Below are positions 18,597 through 25,417 of a stretch of DNA of 64,000 nucleotides, piece after piece. Location of the stretch: contig JBFWWT010000006.1 in assembly GCA_050246035.1 (NCBI GenBank), positions 6,802-70,801 of the forward strand, read 5' to 3'. The stretch is from Burkholderiales bacterium (GTDB lineage: Bacteria > Pseudomonadota > Gammaproteobacteria > Burkholderiales > SG8-39). The first letter of the stretch is position 1, and every line of letters starts with the position of its first letter. The notes under the pieces are model-generated. The model saw only the letters and a list, made by a program, of their open reading frames with translations, was not told where the DNA came from and made no database searches. The translations under genes and the position numbers were made by a program.

Positions 18597-19652
18597 GGGG
18601 AAGAAGAGCGCCAAGTAGCCCGCTGGCAGCACGGGCATCGATTCGATGTGTCTGAGGTCGTAGTACGGCACGTCCGCGTCCAGGTGATGATGGACGTGAC
18701 GCGTGATGTTCAGCGTGAACGCGTTCGTCATGAAGCCGTTGCTGTTCCAGGAAAGGCTGCCGCGCGGCGGAGCGGGCGCGTCCCGGCTCAAGCCGTAGTG
18801 CTGCGCGTAGTTCACGTACTCGGTCGTGAATATTCCAAACGCAGCCTGGGCAAGAAAGAGCGCCAAGCCCCATGGCCCGCCGATCATCGCGAACACGACG
18901 ATGACGAAGGCGGTGAGAAGCCACTGCTGAACGTATCGATTGAGGACGAGCCGCTGGCGCTTGGCGAGCTGGCGCCGGCGCTCGATCCGCCAGGCGCTGC
19001 GAAGCGTGAACTGGGCATTCTTCGTCACGGCGCCCCAGACGCTTTGGCCGAGGGGCGGGGTGGTGCCTTCGCTTGCTACGCCGACCTTCGCGTGGTGATG
19101 CAGGTGCTCGAACGGAAAGGGGCCGTAGGCGACGGTCGCCATGATCAGGCGGGCGAGGCCCCGATCAAAGGCCGACGGCCAATGCACCAGTTCGTGCGCG
19201 ACGCAGGTCGCGAACGCAGTGGCTATTGCGACCGACACCACGAGCCAGACAGCTGTCGGGCCGGTTGCCTCATAAGCGAGCGTATGCGCAGCCCAGGCCA
19301 GCGTGCCGAGCCACAGAAAGACGTAGAGGCGGGGCATCGTGCGCAACCACGCGGTGGCAAGGCGCGGTGCACTGCTGTCCAGCGGTTCCGTTCGGTCCGG
19401 GCCGATCGCAAGATCCAGCGCGGGTATGCCGACGAACGCAATGGCCGGCAGCAGCCAAGGGACGTCGGCGTAATACCCGACAAGCACGAGCAGAGGAAGC
19501 GCGGGAAACGCGCTGAACGCGAGAAGCTTGCCGTAATACCAGTGGCGTATTTGCCATAACGCCCCTTGCACAGCCCCCTCGACGCCGTGGGCATGACCGA
19601 TTGTGGCACCAATCCACCGCTCAGCAGCCCAGATCCGGCCGCTGACGAGCAT
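18525..19652 (-). CDS. alkB: Alkane 1-monooxygenase-like integral-membrane di-iron hydroxylase (AlkB / fatty-acid-desaturase family)
   Basis: His boxes HELVHW, EHLHHH and ITRHVHHH plus NYAQHYGL. The first ~35 codons of the ORF lie inside the IS91-end repeat, so the true N-terminus is uncertain. Confidence 0.75.
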   Translation of the reverse strand: MLVSGRIWAAERWIGATIGHAHGVEGAVQGALWQIRHWYYGKLLAFSAFPALPLLVLVGYYADVPWLLPAIAFVGIPALDLAIGPDRTEPLDSSAPRLATAWLRTMPRLYVFLWLGTLAWAAHTLAYEATGPTAVWLVVSVAIATAFATCVAHELVHWPSAFDRGLARLIMATVAYGPFPFEHLHHHAKVGVASEGTTPPLGQSVWGAVTKNAQFTLRSAWRIERRRQLAKRQRLVLNRYVQQWLLTAFVIVVFAMIGGPWGLALFLAQAAFGIFTTEYVNYAQHYGLSRDAPAPPRGSLSWNSNGFMTNAFTLNITRHVHHHLDADVPYYDLRHIESMPVLPAGYLALFFPALIPSLWRRLMDARARRFATSAG

Positions 19653-19684
19653 GACGCGGAACGGACGAAAAGGAAATTCCTATC
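19547..19684 (+). repeat. Solo IS91 right-end (oriIS-like) segment, copy B
   Basis: 138 nt in the same orientation as 3198-3335, ending in GGAAATTCCTATC. No transposase gene lies upstream of it. Confidence 0.6.
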
Positions 19685-19773
19685 CCTCGCTTCGCCCGAA
19701 TTCCGCAAGTTCGTCAACATCACGCTCTCCCGCACCAGCCGCTTCGGCGCGTTGCACGGGGCCTTCTGCTGTT

Positions 19774-20064
19774 TCATTCATGTAACGCCTCAATCGCCTT
19801 CGGGTTTGAAGCAACGATCTTGAGCAGCGCCCTGGCAGGCCCGGTGGGCTGCGTGCGGTGCTGCTCCCAGTTTTGCAACGTGCGCAGATTCACGCCGATC
19901 AATTTCGCGAACTGGCTCTGGCTGATCCGGGCCGCTTCGCGGATGGTGCGCACGTCCGGCTCGGGCAGTTCGGTCGTTCTTGCGCCACGCACACTTTTGC
20001 CTGCCATATGGCGCTTCATTTCACGCACGCCTTTGACCAGTTGGTCGAAATGCTGCTTATCCAT
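19774..20064 (-). CDS. higA: HigA-type antitoxin (XRE-family HTH)
   Basis: 96 aa with HTH segment IREAARISQSQFAKLIGVNLRTLQNWEQ. It overlaps the upstream toxin gene by 8 nt. Confidence 0.8.
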   Translation of the reverse strand: MDKQHFDQLVKGVREMKRHMAGKSVRGARTTELPEPDVRTIREAARISQSQFAKLIGVNLRTLQNWEQHRTQPTGPARALLKIVASNPKAIEALHE

Positions 20065-20377
20065 TTTCGATGTCCTTCATCAATTGTGCCAGCGTGTTGA
20101 TCTGCTTGGGTGTCAGGTCAGCTTGCGCACTCTTGACGTAAGCGTAAATCAGGTAGATGCGTTCCATCGGCACATGCCTGTAGTAGATCACCCTCGCACC
20201 ACCCCGCTTGCCGTGTCCTCGTACAGCCCAGCGCAGCTTGCGCAAACCGAAACCGCCTGCGATCACGTCGCCTGCGTCCGGCGTGGCAAGCAGGAAATTC
20301 TGCAGGCCGCGCAAATCTTCGTCGTTCCACTGCTCGGCACGAAAAGCGATGAACGGCGTGAGCTCGACAAAGACCAT
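20057..20377 (-). CDS. higB: HigB/RelE-family toxin
   Basis: 106 aa counted from the internal ATG at 20377. Contains GGARVIYY...IYLIYAYVKSAQADLTP. The toxin-first gene order is typical of higBA. Confidence 0.8.
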   Translation of the reverse strand: MVFVELTPFIAFRAEQWNDEDLRGLQNFLLATPDAGDVIAGGFGLRKLRWAVRGHGKRGGARVIYYRHVPMERIYLIYAYVKSAQADLTPKQINTLAQLMKDIENG

Positions 20378-20385
20378 TTCGCTAA

Positions 20386-20406
20386 CTATACGCGGCACGC
20401 GTATAG
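20386..20406. promoter_or_regulatory. Perfect palindrome CTATACGCG-GCA-CGCGTATAG, 9 nt upstream of the higB start
   Basis: 9-bp arms that overlap a TATAGT -10-like hexamer on the minus strand. Candidate HigA operator. Confidence 0.4.
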
Positions 20407-20468
20407 CCTGCAACCATGAACAAAATTCCGAGCGTTGGGGGCGATTTCCGGGGAAGTTGAAACGCCGA

Positions 20469-20487
20469 CTGTTAGCACTGCTAACAG
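20469..20487. promoter_or_regulatory. Perfect palindrome CTGTTAGCA-C-TGCTAACAG upstream of higBA
   Basis: 9-bp arms, about 90 nt upstream of the higB start. Confidence 0.35.
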
Positions 20488-20803
20488 TTTGAAGCCATAG
20501 CACCGACGGCCGAGCGCGTGGGAACTTTCAATTCGAATGCGCGGTCACACTTTCAATCCGGTTGATGCCCGTCATCGCATCCTCGCTCGCAAGAGCGCCG
20601 AAACCGGCCTCATTTCCTGAAAGCCGGTGGCCGCAAGGCTTGGAGATACTCGTTAGCATCAGCCCCTCGGGGCGTCCAGTGCTGCGCATGACGCAATAAT
20701 TCGCGTCCCCCGCGGCAGCGCCTCGTACTGAAACAACCCATCCGGCGCGATCCCTGCGCCAACCCTCGTCCGCATCGCTGCGGCAATTCGTCTGCGCCAA
20801 CAG

Positions 20804-20837
20804 CAGCGTCACTACCCGCTAGTGGGTAGTGACGCTG
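20804..20837. other. 14-bp perfect stem / 6-nt loop hairpin in the ORF-poor spacer
   Basis: CAGCGTCACTACCC-GCTAGT-GGGTAGTGACGCTG. Confidence 0.5.
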
Positions 20838-21555
20838 CGCACAGGTACGCAACGGCGGGGGTTTCCAGCCGATTTTGCCAGTGCCGCAACCCAGTGATGA
20901 GCTCCCTGGCGCATCACGCCGTACAACCGCGCAATGCGGTTCGTCCCTCTGCCCGTTCCCCAACGGGCGTCGTTTGTCCTCGCGCGCACCCCGCGCACTC
21001 CCGAGCCTTGGGTATTGGTTCAACTCGATGGGTCGAGTTCCCACAGGAACCGCCATCGAAGCCAAGAGCGGGTGCAGCCGCGGCGAGCAGCAAAAGGAAG
21101 CACTGCACAAATCGGGAGTGGTGTCCCGGGTCCCTCGTAGATCTCGTTCTGCCTAGGCAGGCGAGACGGACAGAAACACTAACCGGACAGGCAGCACACA
21201 CCAGCAGCAGCAACGCAGCAAGCGGAAGGCAGCAAGACGCGACGGATCGGGTTGGAAAGGGAATCGATGGCAGCTAGCGCAAAGACGGCGAATCGACTGC
21301 AACTGGACTGCAGGCCATTTGCTCTCCGGTGCGTACCAGCGTGAGGCGCTGTGCCTAGCACGCCGGGCAAACGGAACGGTACGGCCGGGGCGCAAGGTGC
21401 GCCCGCCTCTGTTAAGCTCTTGGTTCCGCTACCCGAGGATGCGTTGGTTCCCGGCGAACTCGAACTCATCTGGGCCCACCTTGCGGGGCTCTTGCATCGG
21501 GTAATACCGCCAGAAGTCGATTTCGACCCTTCCTTTGATTCGGAGGCGAACCGCC

Positions 21556-23202
21556 ATGGCCGTAGCCCTGTATGCGCGAGTTTCGACGACTCGCCAAGCC
21601 GAGAACGATCTGTCGATCCCGGATCAACTGCGCCAGCTCCGGGAGCACTGCAAGACCCATAACCTGCCCGTTGCCTCGGAGTACGTGGAACCAGGCGCGT
21701 CCGCGAGCGATGATCGGCGCCCCGTGTTTCAGCAGATGATTGCGGATGCGACGCAGCCGCCTGCGCCGTTCGAGGCGATCCTGGTCCACAGCCGTTCGCG
21801 CTTCTTCCGGGACCTGTTCCAGTTCCTGCACTACGAGAGGGTGCTGAAGAAGGTCGGGGTCAAAATCGTCTCGATCACCCAGCAAACGAGCGATGACGCG
21901 GCCGGCGAAATGGCGAGCAAGCTCTTCAGCCTGTTCGATGAGTACCAGAGCAAGGAGAACGCGAAGCACACCCAGCGGGCGATGCAGGAGAACGCCCGCC
22001 AGGGGTACTGGAACGGCTCCGTGCCGCCCTTTGGCTTCCGGGCAGCAACGACCGAGATCGTCGGGAATCGGGGCCGACACAAGCGCCGGCTCGAGCTCGA
22101 TCCGGTGGAAGCGGAAACCGTGCGGGAGATCTACCGCCTGTACCTCGCCGGCCACGACGGCAACGTCATGGGCATGAAGGCGATCGCGACGCACCTGAAC
22201 CGCCAAGGCCTCACCATGCGCGGGCGCCCGTGGCGCATCCAGAAAGTGAATCGGCTGCTCGCCGACCCGCTCTACGCGGGCTGTTTTTACTTCAATCGGC
22301 GCGACTCCCGGACCCACAAGGAGCGGCCCCAGCAGGAGTGGATCGCGGTAGCGGTCCCGGCGATCATCGATGCCGGCGCCTTCGAGCGGGTGGCAAAGCG
22401 CCGCGCCATGAGCAACCCGAACGCGTTCCCGCCGCGGGCGATGGCCTCGCCCGCACCGCTCGTGGGCCTGCTCAAGTGCGGACACTGCGGGGCGGGGATG
22501 ACCCAGGCGTCTGGCAAATCGGGGCGCTACCGCTACTACAAGTGCACCACGCGCATGGCGCAGAACGTAGATGCCTGCACGGCGAAGAACCTGCCGCGCG
22601 AGCAGACCGATGGGCTGGTGCTGCACGCGTTATCCGAGCGGGTATTCACGCCCAAGCGCGTGTCCCTGATGCTCAACGAGCTGCTGCGGCACCAGCGCCA
22701 GGCGAAGACCGCCGAGGATGCCCGGCTCATCACGATGAAGACGGAACTCGACCGGGCGACGACGGGCCTGGATCGCCTCTATAAGGCCGTGGAGGAAGGC
22801 GCCCTGTCCATCGACGAGACACTGCGCACGCGCACGCAGAAGCTCAAAGCGCGTCGTAGCGAAGTGCTCACCGAGATGGCGAAGCTCAAGGACCGGCAGG
22901 CGCTCGCGGTGCGGCGGGTGAACGCGGACACCGTGAAAGCGTTCTGCGCGGCGCTGCAAGAGCGCTTCACCGACCCATCCTCGGGCCTGGGCAAAGCCTA
23001 CCTGCGCTTGCTGGTGGACGAAATCAAGCTCGACGGGAACGAACTGGTAGTTACGGGCAGCCACCGGCGCCTCGCGGACGCCTTCGGCTTCATGCAGAAA
23101 ACAAAGCTGGGAGAAGTGCCCAGCTTCGTGAATGACTGGCGCGCCCGGCGGGATTCGAACCCACGACCCTTGGCTTCGGAGGCCAATACTCTGATCCGCT
23201 GA
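21556..23202 (+). CDS. Large serine recombinase (resolvase catalytic domain, recombinase domain, zinc ribbon, coiled coil)
   Basis: MAVALYARVSTTRQ catalytic Ser motif, GYWNGSVPPFGF, and LLKCGHCGAGM...YYKC zinc ribbon. GGAGG lies 9 nt before the ATG at 21556. The last ~22 codons are antisense to the tRNA. Confidence 0.9.
   Translation: MAVALYARVSTTRQAENDLSIPDQLRQLREHCKTHNLPVASEYVEPGASASDDRRPVFQQMIADATQPPAPFEAILVHSRSRFFRDLFQFLHYERVLKKVGVKIVSITQQTSDDAAGEMASKLFSLFDEYQSKENAKHTQRAMQENARQGYWNGSVPPFGFRAATTEIVGNRGRHKRRLELDPVEAETVREIYRLYLAGHDGNVMGMKAIATHLNRQGLTMRGRPWRIQKVNRLLADPLYAGCFYFNRRDSRTHKERPQQEWIAVAVPAIIDAGAFERVAKRRAMSNPNAFPPRAMASPAPLVGLLKCGHCGAGMTQASGKSGRYRYYKCTTRMAQNVDACTAKNLPREQTDGLVLHALSERVFTPKRVSLMLNELLRHQRQAKTAEDARLITMKTELDRATTGLDRLYKAVEEGALSIDETLRTRTQKLKARRSEVLTEMAKLKDRQALAVRRVNADTVKAFCAALQERFTDPSSGLGKAYLRLLVDEIKLDGNELVVTGSHRRLADAFGFMQKTKLGEVPSFVNDWRARRDSNPRPLASEANTLIR
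23136..23154. repeat. attR-like direct repeat (within the tRNA-Arg 3' end)
   Basis: Identical to 1495-1513. Confidence 0.7.
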
Positions 23203-23213
23203 GCTACGGGCGC
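23137..23213 (-). tRNA. tRNA-Arg (anticodon CCG)
   Basis: The reverse complement is a 77-nt cloverleaf: acceptor GCGCCCG/CGGGCGC, anticodon stem TTGGC/GCCAA with loop CU-CCG-AA, T-loop GGTTCGAATCC, encoded CCA. Confidence 0.9.
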
Positions 23214-23259
23214 TTTCAAGCTAAAATCATACCTTTATAAACGCCCGACGGCCACGAGC

Positions 23260-23775
23260 ATGAGCGCACCCGAAGAGCATTCCTCGTTCATCAAGACCCC
23301 GCAGCAGCTGATCGTCGTCGTGCTGCTCGCGTTCCTCGTGCCGATCATCGGCATCGTGCTGATCGTCAATCTCGTGCTGTCGCGGCCGGGCGCGGATCCC
23401 GCGGCGCTCGCGCCCGAGGCGGTGGCCGAGCGCATCCAGCCGGTGGGCAGCGTGGCGTTCGCCGGCGCGGCTCCCGGCGCCGCCACTTCCGGCGCGAAGA
23501 GCGGCGAGGAGGTCTACAACTCCGTGTGCGCCGCCTGCCACGGCACGGGCGTCGCGGGCGCGCCGAAGGTGGGCGACAACGCGGCCTGGGCGAAGCCGGT
23601 CCAGCAGGGCTTCGACACTCTGCTCAAGCACGCCATCGACGGCATCCGCGCCATGCCGCCGCGCGGCGGCAATCCCGGGCTCTCGGACCTGGAAATGGCG
23701 CGCGCGGTCGCGCACATGGCGAACCGCTCGGGCGGCAAGTTCAAGGAACCGGCCGCGCCCGCGGCCGGGAAGTAA
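23260..23775 (+). CDS. Membrane-anchored c-type cytochrome (cytochrome c5-like)
   Basis: N-terminal TM helix and a CAACH heme-binding motif. Confidence 0.8.
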   Translation: MSAPEEHSSFIKTPQQLIVVVLLAFLVPIIGIVLIVNLVLSRPGADPAALAPEAVAERIQPVGSVAFAGAAPGAATSGAKSGEEVYNSVCAACHGTGVAGAPKVGDNAAWAKPVQQGFDTLLKHAIDGIRAMPPRGGNPGLSDLEMARAVAHMANRSGGKFKEPAAPAAGK

Positions 23776-23812
23776 TCCCGGCCGGCGCCGGCCGCCGGCG
23801 CCCGACTCGCGC

Positions 23813-24757
23813 GTGGACCTGCTCTTCATCATCGATCCGCCGGAAGAGCTCAAGGCGTACAAGGACACGACCGTCTGCATGATGCGCGCCGCGCAGCGCC
23901 GCGGCCACGCCGTGCACGTGTGCACGCAGGACGCCCTCGCCTGGCGCGCCGGCCCGGTGACCGCGCGCGCCACGCGCCTCGCGCTCACCGACAACGACGA
24001 GGACTGGTACCGCCGCGACGGCACGGCCGAGCGCGCGCTGCCTGCCTTCGGCGCCGTGCTCATGCGCAAGGACCCGCCCTTCGACATGGAGTACGTGGCG
24101 AGCACTTGGCTGCTCTCGGAGGCCGAGCGGCAGGGCGCGCGCGTGTTCAACGCGCCGCAGGCCCTGCGCGACCTGAACGAAAAGTTCGCCATCGCCGAGT
24201 TCGCCGGGCTCACCGTGCCCTCGCTGGTCACGCGCGACATGCAGGCGCTGCAGGCCTTCGTCGACGAGCACCGCGACACGGTGCTCAAGCCCCTGTCCGG
24301 CATGGGCGGCGCGGGCATCTTTCGCGTGCGCCGCGACGATCCCAACCGCAACGTGATCGTCGAGACGCTCGCCCGCCACGGCGCCGAGAGCGTCATGGCG
24401 CAGCGCTACATCCCCGAGATCACGGAAGGCGACAAGCGCATCATCGTCATCGAAGGCAGGCCCGCGCCCTATGTTCTCGCGCGCATCCCCAAGGCGGGCG
24501 AGACGCGCGGCAACCTCGCCGTGGGCGGCACGGGCGTGGCGCGCCCGCTCGGCCCGCGCGACCGCGAAATCGCCGAGATCATGGGGCCGCCGCTCGCCGC
24601 GCGCGGCGTGCTGTTCGCCGGCCTCGACGTGATCGGCGACTGGCTGACCGAGGTGAACGTCACCAGCCCCACGTGCTTCCGCGAGATCCAGGACCAGACG
24701 GGCTACGACGCGGGCGAAGTCTTCATCGCGGCGCTGGAAGCGCGGCTCGCGGCATGA
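23813..24757 (+). CDS. gshB: Glutathione synthetase
   Basis: Prokaryotic GshB sequence with ATP-grasp fold; GTG start. Confidence 0.9.
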   Translation: MDLLFIIDPPEELKAYKDTTVCMMRAAQRRGHAVHVCTQDALAWRAGPVTARATRLALTDNDEDWYRRDGTAERALPAFGAVLMRKDPPFDMEYVASTWLLSEAERQGARVFNAPQALRDLNEKFAIAEFAGLTVPSLVTRDMQALQAFVDEHRDTVLKPLSGMGGAGIFRVRRDDPNRNVIVETLARHGAESVMAQRYIPEITEGDKRIIVIEGRPAPYVLARIPKAGETRGNLAVGGTGVARPLGPRDREIAEIMGPPLAARGVLFAGLDVIGDWLTEVNVTSPTCFREIQDQTGYDAGEVFIAALEARLAA

Positions 24758-25161
24758 TCGGCGTGCTCGTCATCTCGCACGGCGCTATCGGCGAGACGTT
24801 GCTCGCGAGCGCCGAGCAGATCCTCGGCGCACCGCAGCCGCAGGTCGCCGCGCTCGGCGTGTCGCGCGGCGACGAGCCCGATGCGGTGCTGGCACGCGCG
24901 CGCGCACTGGTGGCGGCGCTCGACGCGGGCGACGGCCTGCTCGTACTCACCGACATGTTCGGCGCGACGCCCTGCAACGTCGCGGCGCGCCTGCTCGCCG
25001 ACGGCCGCGTCGAGGGCGTCTCCGGCGTGTCGCTGCCGATGCTCGTGCGCGTGCTCTCGTCGCGCAACGGCTCGCTCGCCGCCCTGGTGCAGCGCGCGCT
25101 CTCGGGCGGCGCCGAGGGCGTGGTGCACATCAACACGGACCGTTGCGGTGCCAAGCGCTGA
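24754..25161 (+). CDS. PTS EIIA component, mannose/fructose family (PtsM-like)
   Basis: MIGVLVISHGAIGETLL N-terminus with the phosphorylatable His. ATGA overlap with gshB. The longer tracked ORF (23920-25161) is an artefactual extension. Confidence 0.8.
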   Translation: MIGVLVISHGAIGETLLASAEQILGAPQPQVAALGVSRGDEPDAVLARARALVAALDAGDGLLVLTDMFGATPCNVAARLLADGRVEGVSGVSLPMLVRVLSSRNGSLAALVQRALSGGAEGVVHINTDRCGAKR

Positions 25162-25417
25162 GCTGGTCATCGCCAACAAGCTCGGCCTGCACGCGCGCGC
25201 CTCGGCCCGGCTCACCGAGTTGGCGAGCGGCTTCAAGAGCGAAGTCTGGCTCACGCGCAACGGCCGCCGCGTGAACGCGAAGAGCATCATGGGCGTGATG
25301 ATGCTCGCCGCGGGCCGCGGCGCCGCGGTGCTGGTGGAGGCCGAAGGCGAGGACGCCGAGGCCGCGCTCGCCGCCATCCGCGCCCTGGTGACGGCGCGCT
25401 TCGGCGAGGCCGAATGA
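25148..25417 (+). CDS. ptsH: Phosphocarrier protein HPr
   Basis: 89 aa with the NKLGLHARASA active-site His motif; GTG start. Confidence 0.85.
   Translation: MPSAELVIANKLGLHARASARLTELASGFKSEVWLTRNGRRVNAKSIMGVMMLAAGRGAAVLVEAEGEDAEAALAAIRALVTARFGEAE

Larger units (their letters stand above)
1495..23154. mobile_element. Integrated genomic island (~21.7 kb) in the 3' end of tRNA-Arg(CCG)
   Basis: A 19-bp direct repeat sits at both ends, with the recombinase gene next to the tRNA. The content is an IS, a TA pair and lower-GC catabolic cargo that contrast with the flanking DNA. Confidence 0.7.

Noticed and set aside
20528-21504. Tracked ORFs 20610-21110(-), 20822-21277(+), 20914-21213(-), 21179-21469(-) as real genes (for example an excisionase)
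   Set aside because: These are overlapping multi-frame ORFs with junk-like composition, no RBS and no recognisable motifs. The region is treated as non-coding or decayed.
23920-25161. 413-aa ORF spanning gshB in another frame
   Set aside because: Only the last 135 codons (from the ATG at 24754) form a PTS EIIA domain. The upstream part is Arg/Ala/His-rich junk overlapping gshB.
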